A stretch of DNA of 64,000 bases. Origin: Erysipelotrichaceae bacterium (GTDB lineage Bacteria > Bacillota_I > Bacilli_A > RFN20 > CAG-826). The DNA lies in NCBI GenBank assembly GCA_015059185.1, contig SVAY01000005.1:2093-66092 (forward strand). The letters are read 5' to 3'. The position numbers and the translations under genes were made by a program. A model generated the notes under the pieces. The model ran no database searches. It saw nothing but the letters and a program-made list of their open reading frames with translations, and was not told the DNA's origin. This document shows positions 40,526-51,857 of this stretch, piece by piece (within the stretch, counting starts at the first letter, position 1; every line of letters begins with the position of its first letter).

Positions 40526-41922
40526 TCGTCGTCATCATCCCTTGATATATCTATTTCACGAGTTTCATCGTTATCTCTCATTGGATCTCTAATACGATCT
40601 TCTTTCTTATGGAAGACATTGATCTTCTTCCTAATCACTTCTCGATTAAGGTTAGAAGTATGAATCATATCATCGAGCATAGTTTGACGTTCAAGCATGG
40701 TTTCTCTACGCATTTCCACCATTGTCTTACGATTCTCGTAAACTTCACGATCGTTAAAGCGCATACTGTGTTTGCCTCTAGTACGATAAAATGCAGTCAC
40801 AAAGCCCGCTACTAATAAAGGCAAGGTAAAGGAAATAGTTCTCCAAATAAGAAGAGCCGCACTACCTAACGCTGAACTTGCCGCCGCTGCATCAGCACCA
40901 GAAATATAATAGAATCCAAGTTCAGGTTCATTCGCATTAACAAATAATTCGATAAAGAAATATTCAGAAATACCAGCAGATCCTGGTAAAGGGATTAAGC
41001 CAGTCACCATTTGGTGATAGTTACTTAAGAAGACCGAATCCCATATATTTGCATATGTCGATTCATTATGAAGGGCTAATCCAACAAAATACGGAAGCGT
41101 ACACCTAATGAATAACATGATAGTAAATAAAACAGTGACTAATATAGTAAATGGACCATTAGTAAATAAACGTCTTAATTCAATTTTGAAGTTCTCTATT
41201 TGGACTCTTAAGTCATCTCTAGTTTGATCTGCGTTTCTTACGATGTGTAATTTATAACCTAACGAGATAATTGGACCCATAATAAAATTATGGAATGATT
41301 TCCAATACGCCATTAAGAATACAAGCAAGATAACTGATACGTTAAGTAAGAAACCGATAATAGTTAATACCCATATCGAGATATTAAGTTTAAGAGCGCC
41401 GATATCGATGGTGATATATCCGATTTGATTAAGAAAATCAAATTTCACAATAAAAGAAACAATGCCATATACAGTTAAAACAATTTGGAAAACAATAGAA
41501 TACATAGCAAGCATACTAACGGCGTTAGATACTGGTAATCCTTGCTTTTGGAATGTATATGCTTCCATCACTTGACCACCACTCGCGCCAGGAGTCACTG
41601 CACTATAGAAAGTACCAATAGACTCAACAGCAAGAGCTTGATGGAAATAATAATCTCGGGAATATAATCTAGCAAAAACGAATAATATGAGTGCACGAAT
41701 GAGAATCGTGATAAACATTACTAATAATGAAACGAGTAACCATGTGAAGTTAGCGCCACCAATCAAATTAAAAACAGTATCAAACTTGCCCCACATCGAA
41801 ATAAGGATAGCGGCAATAGTGATAACAATAACCATGATGATATAAATGGTGTATTTAAGGACACCACTTTTCTTCTTTGGTTCTTCTTTAAAATACTGAG
41901 ATGAGAGTTTTTCGTCTTCCAT
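40522..41922 (-). CDS. Flippase-like membrane protein (LPG_synthase_TM/YbhN family)
   Basis: FYSAVTPGASGGQ, PLPGSAGISE, LIWR; multiple TMs. Confidence 0.82.
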   Translation of the reverse strand: MEDEKLSSQYFKEEPKKKSGVLKYTIYIIMVIVITIAAILISMWGKFDTVFNLIGGANFTWLLVSLLVMFITILIRALILFVFARLYSRDYYFHQALAVESIGTFYSAVTPGASGGQVMEAYTFQKQGLPVSNAVSMLAMYSIVFQIVLTVYGIVSFIVKFDFLNQIGYITIDIGALKLNISIWVLTIIGFLLNVSVILLVFLMAYWKSFHNFIMGPIISLGYKLHIVRNADQTRDDLRVQIENFKIELRRLFTNGPFTILVTVLFTIMLFIRCTLPYFVGLALHNESTYANIWDSVFLSNYHQMVTGLIPLPGSAGISEYFFIELFVNANEPELGFYYISGADAAAASSALGSAALLIWRTISFTLPLLVAGFVTAFYRTRGKHSMRFNDREVYENRKTMVEMRRETMLERQTMLDDMIHTSNLNREVIRKKINVFHKKEDRIRDPMRDNDETREIDISRDDDDE

Positions 41923-41977
41923 GACTAATAATCTATCACATCAATGCTTAAATTGCATTGAATAAAGACATTAATAT

Positions 41978-42589
41978 TTATTTTGATGTCGAGTGTGTAA
42001 GAGAAAGAATAATAATAGCGGCAAGTTGAATCGGTAATCCAACGAAGAATAGATACCAGAAATTATAATGCATATCAGAATAAATAAGGGTGAGATAAAG
42101 CGATACTAATATCAACCAAATAGTTAAAGAAACTAATAGATATGGCCAAATAGTATGCCTCCACCACTTATTAGCGCAGAGTGAGTTAAAAAATAAACAT
42201 GACGAGATAGCCCATAAAAATATAGGCCAATAATTAACCCCACCAGCAAATGTTGTTGCCATTGCAGCAAAAATAACGGCAGCGACAGATAAGAAAAATA
42301 GATCAACTAATAACAAAAGAAGGAGTCTTCTAGTTTCTTTATTCATTAGCCTCACTACACCTTTAGAAGTTATTTCTTCATGAGGCTCCAAAAAGAAATC
42401 AACAGTCACACCAAAATAGTCTGCAATCTGTTTTAATGTCTCAACACTTGGTATTGCATATCCTAATTCCCATTTAGAAACAGTTTTATCAGAATAATTG
42501 ATTACTTTAGCAAAATCTTGCTGTGTTAAGTTCTTACTTTTACGGAGTGCAATTATATTTTTTGCAACAATTTTTGAATAACCTTCCAT
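41978..42589 (-). CDS. XRE-family HTH regulator with four C-terminal TM helices
   Basis: LTQQDFA...SDKTVSKWE.G...P; hydrophobic C-terminal half. Confidence 0.85.
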   Translation of the reverse strand: MEGYSKIVAKNIIALRKSKNLTQQDFAKVINYSDKTVSKWELGYAIPSVETLKQIADYFGVTVDFFLEPHEEITSKGVVRLMNKETRRLLLLLLVDLFFLSVAAVIFAAMATTFAGGVNYWPIFLWAISSCLFFNSLCANKWWRHTIWPYLLVSLTIWLILVSLYLTLIYSDMHYNFWYLFFVGLPIQLAAIIILSLTHSTSK

Positions 42590-42751
42590 ACCCCCATTCT
42601 ACTATCTATCCCACATATATCAATGATTTTTTAATAAATTAAACATTTTCGGAAAACATCAATTCTCTTATTAGTAGAGTAGTAGAATTGTTTGAGAATT
42701 GACGTAAAACGCTTGGCTTTCCCACGTGCGTATATAAAATGAAGTACGGTT

Positions 42752-43717
42752 ATGGGAAAGAAATTAACTAAAGTCAAAAACCAAATCAAAGAAGATCTTC
42801 CAAAAACCCGAAAAGGTAAAATTATCGGGATTACTTTAGGCGTTGTGACACCTATCGTGCTTGGAATTGTTGGCGGTATAGTTTACGCTAAGTTCTTTGT
42901 GGCTAAAACCGTTGATTATAGCGATGTAGATGCTAACTCTTTATACATCAACATGGATAATGTTTTAGCAAAATATCAAAACGTTAAAGCTAATAACACT
43001 CCTATTGAAGAAGGCTTAACATCTTACGAAATCGTTAATCTTGCTTATTATAACTATTCAAATTATGAGAACAGTCGTTCATTCACTATTGGAAGTGCTA
43101 CCGCTACTATCGTTGATCAAAGTATTAGAGGTTGTTCTATTAGAGAAGGAAATAGATATTTTGAAGAATCATTATCTAAATCAAATTTAGTAGGCGTTGC
43201 CGCTCGTATGTATCAAAAAGAAGATGGTTCAGTTGATCTTCATAGAGGTGAAGTAGTTGATGCTACCACTGCTAAATGGGGAAATGAACATTATGAATAC
43301 ACAAACGAAGAATTCATTAATGATTTTGGCAAAACCCCATCTACCGCTTTAATCTATATCGTTAGCAAAAAGACCGTCTTAAAAGATACTGATAAAGTTG
43401 AAAAGAATGATGATGGATACACCATTTCCATGTCACTCAATCCTAAAAAGTCAGTGATTAATTATGTTAAACAAATGAAATCAATCTCTAACTTATATGA
43501 CTATCCAGCTTTTAGTGAAGTGAATATCACTTTCCATATCAATAACGATTTAATAATCAAACAAATGGATGTTAAAGAAAGTTACTACGCTCTAAAAGAA
43601 GCTAACTTAGGCGCAGATACTTCCGCTAACGTCAGTGTTTACTACGAAGTTAATGGAGGATTTAAGATTCCAGACCTTAATACTCCACTTGAATACCCAT
43701 CTAAGGAGGATAAATAA
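42752..43717 (+). CDS. Membrane-anchored extracellular protein, possible LolA/LppX-like fold
   Basis: Basic N-terminus plus TM; beta-rich domain ending in ...ITFHINNDLIIKQMDV...YEVNGGFKIP. Confidence 0.6.
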   Translation: MGKKLTKVKNQIKEDLPKTRKGKIIGITLGVVTPIVLGIVGGIVYAKFFVAKTVDYSDVDANSLYINMDNVLAKYQNVKANNTPIEEGLTSYEIVNLAYYNYSNYENSRSFTIGSATATIVDQSIRGCSIREGNRYFEESLSKSNLVGVAARMYQKEDGSVDLHRGEVVDATTAKWGNEHYEYTNEEFINDFGKTPSTALIYIVSKKTVLKDTDKVEKNDDGYTISMSLNPKKSVINYVKQMKSISNLYDYPAFSEVNITFHINNDLIIKQMDVKESYYALKEANLGADTSANVSVYYEVNGGFKIPDLNTPLEYPSKEDK

Positions 43718-43719
43718 GT

Positions 43720-46700
43720 ATGTTTTTATCTAAATTAGCTCTTTATGGTGGTGTGGCTGGCACATTCTTTGCTGTCAGTGCATTCTCCACTGTCCAAATT
43801 ACCAAACAAATAAATAAAATTCCTGTTCCTAACGAAGTTGAAAGCGAGGAAGACGAGGAAGAAGAATTATTTGTCCGTCAAATGAGTGATACTGAAAAGT
43901 TCATCAATTCATTAACTGCTTTCGGTAACATGGAAGGTAACTTAAATGTTAATGTCACTAAAGGTGATTATACTTTAGCCATTAATGGTGATGTCTTTGT
44001 CTCTATGGAGAGTATGGATAACATCATGTTTGATGCTTCTTTAGCAGTTACTACCTTAGGACATACATTTAATATTGGTGCAACTTATATTGATAACACC
44101 GTATTTGCTACTATCGAAGGTAATAACTTAAAACTTAAGACCAGCGATATTAATGAAATCACTTCTTTATTCTCTACCATGGAATCTTCCATTGAACTTC
44201 CAGATACATTTAAAAATATCGATACCAATTCATTAATCACTAACTTAAGTGCAATGAAAGCAGAAAAAGGTGAAGATAAAATCACTTATACCTGCAACTT
44301 AATTGAAGGTATTCCTCCAATCATTTTTACAAGCGATCTTGATTACAACATGACTGGAGTATCCTTATCTAACTTTGAAATTGAAGGATTTAAGATCAAT
44401 GTTAATGCTACTACTAAGATCTTAGGTAAAGGACATAATAGAGTTACTAATCCAGAAACAAGTGAAAAAGTATATACCGATGTCTCTAGCTACTTCAGTG
44501 TCATTAAGCAAGTTAATAACTTAATCAACACCCAAGAAGCTGGCTTAACATATAACGTTAACTTAACTAAAGGTAGTAGTTCCTTAATCAGTACAACTGG
44601 TAACGCGAATGTCAGACTCAAAAACGGATTAGATTTAGTAGTTAACGGTCAACTCAATAATAGTGATAATTCTAAACACGTTAATTACACCTTAGGTTAT
44701 CAAAACAATAATGCTTTCCTTAACTTTAATGATTTAATCAAAGTTTATTATGATGTGAATAACTTCTCTAACTTAAAGAGCAGTATCAAGGCTTTAATCA
44801 ATAATCCAGATATTGCTACTTTAGTCTCTAATCTTGAAAGCATTGAACTTCCTATCATTAAGATGATTAATGAAAAAGACTATAACGGATTAATTGATAA
44901 CTATAAGGGCTTATTCTTAAGCAAAGATCAAATCAAATTATCCGTTTCTAATTCTTTATTCAGCAACGATTCTTCTAATATCGATATCGTCATTAACTTA
45001 AATGAAAACGGTATCAAAGATGTGAACATCTCTAACCTTAGATATAGTGATTATGCTTTATCATTAAGTGTTGCTATTAATGAATACAATAATGAGGTTA
45101 TTGATTTATCTACATATAGAAACGTCTCTAATATTGATAAGATCATCGATCAAGTTAACAAATTAATCACCGATAAGAGCTTCAACATTACCATCAACAA
45201 CTTAAGTTATGGTGATTTAAGTGTTAACGGTTATATCCAAGTCGACTTAATTAATAAGATTTATCAAGCTGATGTTTCTATCAATAAAGAATATATCAAT
45301 GAAGATGATGAAGTTGCTTATCATACCTACCACATTAGACTTGATACAGATGCGACTAACTACTACTTAGCCTATAACGATGAAAAGGCTAATAGTGATG
45401 TGAAAGTTGCTATTAGTAAAGATAGCGTTACAAGCATTATCACTGATGTTAAAAACTTCTTAGTTAACAAAGACAGTGAATTAATGAATTTAGCAAGTTA
45501 TCTCCTTGATAAATTTAACGTTAATATCGTCTTACCAGAAATTAAAATAGACACTAATATCAACGTCTTAGACCTCTTATTTGAAGACTATATTAAGAGT
45601 GTTGATATGAATAATGAATTAAGTGTTAATATCGTCGTTAATGGTTCTAAACTTGCTTTAGATAGCGATATCAATTTAGCGATTGGTTTAAATGAAGATT
45701 CCACTATCTCAGGATTAAGTGGAAATCTTGAAATTAATGCTAAAAACTTAGAATTTAATGTAAATCTCAACGATTTTAATAAAAATATCGCTCCATTCGA
45801 CGCCAGTGAAAAGGCTCCTTATATCGTAAATGGTAACGCTAATGAGGGTGGCTGGATTGGTATGAGTGATATCTCTAATACGGTCAAATATGTGACCACT
45901 TTAGATAACGAAACTCAATTAGCGATCAGTAACCAAGTTAAAGACATTATTGAAAACAAACAAGTCGGTGTTAACTACGATATCAACGTCTTTAAGAAAG
46001 CGAATAATTCTAACGAACTCATCTTCAATATGAACGGTGATTTAGACCTCAAAATTAATGATGTTAATGATATCAATTCTTACCTCATTAGTTTAAGTGG
46101 AAACATGATTAATGAAGATGAACTTAAAGCTCTTGATTCTAACGTTGATATCAAGCTTTATGAAGGTAAATTATATTTCAACTATAACGATAAACTTAAA
46201 CTCGCTTATGGTATTGATGACATCAAAGATTTAGTCTCAATCATTAAGAGCAAGATTACCAATAATACCACAACTGAAGTGAGTGAAGTATTAAATCAAC
46301 TCTTCCCATCTGGAGGTGATACTAGTACTGCTCCACTTATCTCTATCATCAATAATAAGAACTATGCTTCTATCATCAACTACTATAAGGGTGCCTATAT
46401 TGATAACGATAATAAACTTAATGTTGTCATTGATGGTAGCTTAATTGGTAACGCTAATACCGATATCGTTATTAAACTTAAAGCGGATAATAACGGCATC
46501 TCTAACATCACTCTTAACGGTGTCTATGCTTTAGGTTATACCTTAGACTTCAACTTAGACTTCACCTCTTATCGTGATGTTACAATGAGCGAAGAAGAAA
46601 AAGCTTCTTACACAGACTTAAAATATATCAATAACATCTTTGATAAAGTTGCTAACTTAGTGAACAAAGATAAATTCGCTTTAACTCTTAATGGTAACTT

Positions 46701-48192
46701 AAACCTTGGTAAAGGCGATATCGCTATTAATGGTAATAGCTACGTTTCTTTAGGTGAATCTAACGACTTTGGTGTGGCTGAACTTAATATCATAAATAAC
46801 AACAAAACACATAACGTAAAAATTGATGTTAATAGAAATAAAGTGAGTAAAGATGCAACTCAAGAAGAAAAAGATAACGCTTTAAGAACAAGCGAAGTCT
46901 TATTCAGTTATAACAAACACCTTAATGGTTCACTTAACTTAAAATCCTTAACTGAAACATTTGATTTAATTAAGACCTTAGCAAGTGATGGCAACCCATT
47001 ACTCGATAAGATCAAAGGTTTATTAACTAGAGATACTACTGAATCCACCATCACTAAGATTATGAACGGTGAACCAGAAGCCATCCTTTATGATAACTCT
47101 TTAGAAGCCATTAATTATGACGTTGATGCTTTAGGTTATCACTATGACATCGTCCTTAACGGTAACCTCCTTAAGAGTGATGAAGAAGATACAGTAGAAC
47201 CAATTCACATTTATATCAATTTAGACGATAATCATGAATTCACCGGTATTGGTATTAAGGGTAGACTCAACACTTATACCTTAGATATCGATTTAGGTAT
47301 TGAAGAAGCTAGTAGTAACACTATGTCATGGAATAGATTAACTAAGAATAGTAGTTATTATGACTTCTCCGATATTAAGACCTTAGTAGAATATTTATTT
47401 AACACTGGCACCAAGAAAGACTTCTCTTTAAGTGGCACAATCTCCGCTAATGTCATCGACATCTTCAGTGTTGCCAACATTAATATGAACGCTAAAGTCC
47501 ATATTGATAGCAACAATAAGACAACCGCTGTTATTGAGATTAACAACATTCCTCAAATCAGTTACTTGTTAGGTGCCATTAAAGTAAGTGATGATGACTG
47601 GGATTACCGTAAAACCACCATCTACTTAACTGATGAAGAAGTGTATATCTATGTCTATTACTATGATGATTATACTAACTGGGGCGACTGGGCGAAAACA
47701 TATCGCAAGACAACAACTAAATGGGTCAAGCTCTCTATGAGTGAATTTGCTGATGATATTGCATATTATTTAGTCAACTACTCATTAGGTGTAACTACAG
47801 GTAGTATTGCTGGCAAAAGTTTAGATATGAGAAATCAAACTTCAAGCTCTGATAAAGATATTGATTATTCAAAGATCTTATCTAGCTATAACTTTACTAA
47901 TAACGGCACTCCAACATGGACACTTGGTATTAACTTAGCTGAACTTGCTGGAAGCAATATGCTAGATACATTAAACGCTACAATTACTGGCAATAATGAT
48001 ACCAAGTTATTAAGCAGCGTCCATGCTTCTACAGCGTTAGCAGGTTTAGTTAACGCTACAATCGATGCTTCCTTAGATAGTACTGATTATATTGGCGATA
48101 CTACAGTGAATGCTATCAACGCTTATCTCGAAGCACATAAAACCGATACCAATAAACATTCATATTCAAACGTTACTGATGTGAAGAAATAA
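43720..48192 (+). CDS. 1490-aa secreted or anchored protein with six tandem beta-rich repeats
   Basis: N-terminal hydrophobic segment, acidic linker, six ~210-260-aa units mostly ending in Y-x-D/N-phi...V..L-phi. Confidence 0.75.
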   Translation: MFLSKLALYGGVAGTFFAVSAFSTVQITKQINKIPVPNEVESEEDEEEELFVRQMSDTEKFINSLTAFGNMEGNLNVNVTKGDYTLAINGDVFVSMESMDNIMFDASLAVTTLGHTFNIGATYIDNTVFATIEGNNLKLKTSDINEITSLFSTMESSIELPDTFKNIDTNSLITNLSAMKAEKGEDKITYTCNLIEGIPPIIFTSDLDYNMTGVSLSNFEIEGFKINVNATTKILGKGHNRVTNPETSEKVYTDVSSYFSVIKQVNNLINTQEAGLTYNVNLTKGSSSLISTTGNANVRLKNGLDLVVNGQLNNSDNSKHVNYTLGYQNNNAFLNFNDLIKVYYDVNNFSNLKSSIKALINNPDIATLVSNLESIELPIIKMINEKDYNGLIDNYKGLFLSKDQIKLSVSNSLFSNDSSNIDIVINLNENGIKDVNISNLRYSDYALSLSVAINEYNNEVIDLSTYRNVSNIDKIIDQVNKLITDKSFNITINNLSYGDLSVNGYIQVDLINKIYQADVSINKEYINEDDEVAYHTYHIRLDTDATNYYLAYNDEKANSDVKVAISKDSVTSIITDVKNFLVNKDSELMNLASYLLDKFNVNIVLPEIKIDTNINVLDLLFEDYIKSVDMNNELSVNIVVNGSKLALDSDINLAIGLNEDSTISGLSGNLEINAKNLEFNVNLNDFNKNIAPFDASEKAPYIVNGNANEGGWIGMSDISNTVKYVTTLDNETQLAISNQVKDIIENKQVGVNYDINVFKKANNSNELIFNMNGDLDLKINDVNDINSYLISLSGNMINEDELKALDSNVDIKLYEGKLYFNYNDKLKLAYGIDDIKDLVSIIKSKITNNTTTEVSEVLNQLFPSGGDTSTAPLISIINNKNYASIINYYKGAYIDNDNKLNVVIDGSLIGNANTDIVIKLKADNNGISNITLNGVYALGYTLDFNLDFTSYRDVTMSEEEKASYTDLKYINNIFDKVANLVNKDKFALTLNGNLNLGKGDIAINGNSYVSLGESNDFGVAELNIINNNKTHNVKIDVNRNKVSKDATQEEKDNALRTSEVLFSYNKHLNGSLNLKSLTETFDLIKTLASDGNPLLDKIKGLLTRDTTESTITKIMNGEPEAILYDNSLEAINYDVDALGYHYDIVLNGNLLKSDEEDTVEPIHIYINLDDNHEFTGIGIKGRLNTYTLDIDLGIEEASSNTMSWNRLTKNSSYYDFSDIKTLVEYLFNTGTKKDFSLSGTISANVIDIFSVANINMNAKVHIDSNNKTTAVIEINNIPQISYLLGAIKVSDDDWDYRKTTIYLTDEEVYIYVYYYDDYTNWGDWAKTYRKTTTKWVKLSMSEFADDIAYYLVNYSLGVTTGSIAGKSLDMRNQTSSSDKDIDYSKILSSYNFTNNGTPTWTLGINLAELAGSNMLDTLNATITGNNDTKLLSSVHASTALAGLVNATIDASLDSTDYIGDTTVNAINAYLEAHKTDTNKHSYSNVTDVKK

Positions 48193-48199
48193 ACATAAT

Positions 48200-48222
48200 G
48201 CCCACCGATAAGATGGGCTTTT
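48200..48222 (+). terminator. Possible intrinsic terminator
   Basis: GCCCA-loop-TGGGC followed by TTTT. Confidence 0.55.
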
Positions 48223-48244
48223 AAATGTTTGCGTTTTACTAAGC

Positions 48245-48529
48245 TTATTTAAATAAATCAGAATGTGTTCCGGTTCTAATAAGATATAAGATTAAGTTTT
48301 CTTCAGAGTATTTGTATACAAGCAACCAATTAGGTTCTATATGTAATTCTCTACAATTAATGAAATCTTTTGATGGTGTGAGAGGATGATCTCTATACCT
48401 TTCGGGGATTACTGAACCATTTTGTAATAACGATAAAACAGTAACGAACGAATCTAACTTCATTCCTCTTTTGATACAAGTTTTGAAATCTTTTCTAAAT
48501 TTAGTTGTTTCTTTAATTGTGTAAGTCAC
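48245..48529 (-). CDS. yafQ: YafQ-family mRNA interferase toxin
   Basis: FRKDFK, RDHPL, RELHI.P.WLLVY, RTGTHSDLF. Confidence 0.92.
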   Translation of the reverse strand: MTYTIKETTKFRKDFKTCIKRGMKLDSFVTVLSLLQNGSVIPERYRDHPLTPSKDFINCRELHIEPNWLLVYKYSEENLILYLIRTGTHSDLFK

Positions 48530-48795
48530 TTAAGCAAGTCCTCCATGAAGTCATTAATGTTATCAAAACCTTTGTATTGATCAGGATTCTTTTCCATTTC
48601 CTTGACTTCAGAGATTGCCTCAAGCGTTTCTTTGTTCGGGGTATCGACTTTAAGTTCAAAAGGAATACTGTTGGTTCTAATAACCTGATTATAAAAAAGA
48701 ATAATAGCTGTTGTTGGTGTTAAACCAAGTTTAGAAAACACTTTTTCTGCATTAACCTTTATAGATTCATCAATTCTAATGTTGATGTTTGCCAT
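48526..48795 (-). CDS. dinJ: RelB/DinJ family antitoxin
   Basis: INIRIDE..K..AE.VF..LGL....AI..F, IPFE, PNKET..AI. Confidence 0.9.
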   Translation of the reverse strand: MANINIRIDESIKVNAEKVFSKLGLTPTTAIILFYNQVIRTNSIPFELKVDTPNKETLEAISEVKEMEKNPDQYKGFDNINDFMEDLLK

Positions 48796-48912
48796 ACCCT
48801 TTCCCCCTTTTTATAAATCTAATCCCCAACTATATACTATATCACTATGTTGCTTATGTCAACATATTGTGTTGCTATTGTAAAATTGTATATTTTTAAT
48901 CAAGCGTCTTCT

Positions 48913-48940
48913 TTGCATATACCTCTAGGGGGTATATAAT
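48913..48940 (+). promoter_or_regulatory. csoR-copA promoter with CsoR operator
   Basis: TTGCAT-N16-TATAAT overlapped by ATATACC-TCTAGGG-GGTATAT, a C/G-tract CsoR-type operator. Confidence 0.8.
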
Positions 48941-48958
48941 AAACTCGAGGATTTAATT

Positions 48959-49252
48959 ATGGAAGATTGCTGTAAAATAAAGAAAACTCCTAGAGATGAA
49001 GAATTAGTAAATAACTTAGAGAAACGTATCAATCGTATCTCTGGTCAACTTAATGGAGTAACAAAGATGATTAAGGAAAATAGATATTGTCACGATGTCT
49101 TAATCCAAATCGCCGCGATAGAAAGCGCGCTCAAAGAAGTTGGTTTTATCTTGCTTAAAGATCATATGACTAGCTGTGTCGTTGATGATATCAAAAATAA
49201 CGACTTATCATCCTTAGAAGAAGCAATTGAATTATCAAAGAAGTTAATATGA
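48959..49252 (+). CDS. csoR: Copper-sensing repressor
   Basis: [24 protein letters not shown]. Confidence 0.92.
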   Translation: MEDCCKIKKTPRDEELVNNLEKRINRISGQLNGVTKMIKENRYCHDVLIQIAAIESALKEVGFILLKDHMTSCVVDDIKNNDLSSLEEAIELSKKLI

Positions 49253-51819
49253 GGATAGACGAGAAATATAAAATCACTGGAATGAGCTGCGCGGCCTGTA
49301 GTGCTCGCGTCTTTAAAGCTGTTTCTTCTATTAAAGGAGTGAAAGAAGCTAATGTTAACTTATTAACCAATTCCATAGTCATTAGTTATGATGAGAAAGT
49401 CACTAACTCTAATAGGATTATTGAAGCGGTGAAAAAAGCTGGCTATGGAGCAGAGTTAATATCTTTAGATAACAATATTACTCCAATATCTAAAGAAGAA
49501 TTAATTGATAAAGAAACACCTAGATTATTCAAAAGATTAATAGTCTCACTAATCATCCTTATACCTTTATTTTATTTAGGCATGGGATTCATGCTTAATT
49601 GGCCTCTAGGAGCCCTGAAAGATAATATATGGTTACTTAGTTTAATCGAGATGCTATTAAGCCTTGTAATCATTATTATAAATAATAAGTTCTTTGTTTC
49701 TGGCTTTAAGGCTATTATCCATCGTTCGATGAATATGGATACTCTAGTGATGCTAGGAAGCGGAGTAGCCTTCATCTATTCATTTATCATGATGATTATG
49801 TTATGGGCTTCAAAAGATATGTCCACCCAACATATGTATATGATGAATATCTCTTTTGAAACCGCTGGTATGGTACCTACTTTAATCACTATTGGTAAGA
49901 CCTTAGAGAGTTATTCTAAAGGAAAGACCACTAATTCAATTAAGGCATTAATGGATCTATCTCCTAAGACTGCTATATTAATTAAAGAAGATAAAGAAAT
50001 TGAAGTAAAAGTAGAGGATATCAAACTTAATGATATCTTTATTGTGAAGCCAGGTATGTCTATCCCAGTAGATGGAGAAGTCATTAAAGGTGAAAGCTCC
50101 GTTGATGAATCAATGTTAACTGGTGAATCCATCCCACTTGATAAGGAAGTCGGATCACTTGTTAAAAGTGCGACTATCAATCAAAATGGTGTCTTAATAT
50201 GTAAAGCTATTAGAGTAGGTAATGACACTACACTTAATCAAATCATCTCTAGTGTTGAAAAAGCCGCGAACAGTAAAGCAAAGATTTCTCAAATCGCTGA
50301 TAAAGTATCAGGGATATTTGTGCCTGTCGTTGTAATTATCTCAATCATTGTTTTCTTAGGTTGGTTTATATTCGGTAAAGACTTCCTTGCTACCCATCAA
50401 GATATAGAAGCAAGCTTATTATCATATTCACTTGAAAGAGCGATAGCGGTCCTTGTGATATCTTGTCCATGCGCTTTAGGATTAGCCACTCCAGTTGCCA
50501 TTATGGTAGGAAGCGGTAAAGGAGCAAGAAACGGTATCTTATTTAAGAATGCTGAAGCGATAGAAGAAACAGGTAAAGTAAGTTATGTGATTCTAGATAA
50601 GACTGGAACAATCACTTTAGGTAAGCCAAGCGTCACTGATGTCATTAGTTATATCAAGGAAGAAGAGTTATTAGAGATTGCTTATTCTCTAGAAAATAAT
50701 AGTAGTCATCCTTTAGCGTTAGCCGTGAATAATTATGCTAAAGAAAAAGGCATTAAATCTTTAACAGTTACTGACTTTAAAAACATCTCTGGAAAAGGGT
50801 TAAGTGGGAAGGTTAATAATGAAATTGTTTTAGCAGGTAACACAAAGTTCATGACTGATAATAATATTGATACTTCTAAATATATAAATGATATTGAAAA
50901 ACTTGCAAAAGTTGGTAAAACTCCACTTATTTTTGCAAAAAACCAAGTAATTATCGGAATTATTGCAGTCAGTGATGTGATTAAAAGTGATGCAAAAGAA
51001 GCAATTACTAATATCAAGAATTTAGGTATCGTTCCTATCATGCTGACAGGTGATAACGAATATAGTGCCTCTTATATCGCTCATCAAGTCGGAATTGATT
51101 ATGTCATTAGTAACGTTCTGCCTGAAGGAAAAGAAGAAGTAATTAAGATGATTAAGAAATATGGGAAAGTCATGATGGTTGGAGATGGGATTAATGACGC
51201 GATTGCTTTAACTAGTAGTGATATCGGAATCGCTATTGGAAATGGTAACGACATCGCTATCGATTCTAGCAGTGTCGTCCTTATGAAATCTAATCTTAAT
51301 GATGTATATAGCAGTATTCGTTTATCAGAATATGTATATTTAAATATTAAGGAAAACTTATTTTGGGCATTTATCTATAACCTTGTGATGATCCCAATTG
51401 CCGCTGGTGTCTTTAGTGGGCTAGGTTTATATAAACTTGCTCCATGGATGGGAAGCGCGGCAATGGCTCTCTCTAGCGTTTTTGTCGTCCTTAACGCATT
51501 AAGAATTAATCTTTTTAATCCATATAAGAAGACCATTAGACATAAAGAAGTTAAAATACCAGACGAGTTAGTTTCATATAATCAATGTGACATAAATAAG
51601 AAGGAGAATAAAAATATGACTAAAGTAATTAAGATTGAAGGAATGATGTGCCAACACTGTGTCGCACACGTTAAAGAGGCTCTAGAAGGTATTAAAGGTG
51701 TTAAATCAGTTAACGTATCACTTAACGATAACAATGCCACTTTAGAGCTTGAAAAAGAAATCAAAGATAAAGTATTTATCAAAGCCATTGAAAAAGCTGG
51801 ATATAAAGTTGTGGAATAA
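49249..51819 (+). CDS. copA: Cu(I)-translocating P1B-type ATPase with N- and C-terminal HMA domains
   Basis: GMSCAAC, TGES, CPC, DKTGT, GDGIND, YN, MALSS, C-terminal GMMCQHC. Confidence 0.94.
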   Translation: MRIDEKYKITGMSCAACSARVFKAVSSIKGVKEANVNLLTNSIVISYDEKVTNSNRIIEAVKKAGYGAELISLDNNITPISKEELIDKETPRLFKRLIVSLIILIPLFYLGMGFMLNWPLGALKDNIWLLSLIEMLLSLVIIIINNKFFVSGFKAIIHRSMNMDTLVMLGSGVAFIYSFIMMIMLWASKDMSTQHMYMMNISFETAGMVPTLITIGKTLESYSKGKTTNSIKALMDLSPKTAILIKEDKEIEVKVEDIKLNDIFIVKPGMSIPVDGEVIKGESSVDESMLTGESIPLDKEVGSLVKSATINQNGVLICKAIRVGNDTTLNQIISSVEKAANSKAKISQIADKVSGIFVPVVVIISIIVFLGWFIFGKDFLATHQDIEASLLSYSLERAIAVLVISCPCALGLATPVAIMVGSGKGARNGILFKNAEAIEETGKVSYVILDKTGTITLGKPSVTDVISYIKEEELLEIAYSLENNSSHPLALAVNNYAKEKGIKSLTVTDFKNISGKGLSGKVNNEIVLAGNTKFMTDNNIDTSKYINDIEKLAKVGKTPLIFAKNQVIIGIIAVSDVIKSDAKEAITNIKNLGIVPIMLTGDNEYSASYIAHQVGIDYVISNVLPEGKEEVIKMIKKYGKVMMVGDGINDAIALTSSDIGIAIGNGNDIAIDSSSVVLMKSNLNDVYSSIRLSEYVYLNIKENLFWAFIYNLVMIPIAAGVFSGLGLYKLAPWMGSAAMALSSVFVVLNALRINLFNPYKKTIRHKEVKIPDELVSYNQCDINKKENKNMTKVIKIEGMMCQHCVAHVKEALEGIKGVKSVNVSLNDNNATLELEKEIKDKVFIKAIEKAGYKVVE

Positions 51820-51857
51820 TTCCACTACTAGAAATATATAGACTCACAAACAAATAA

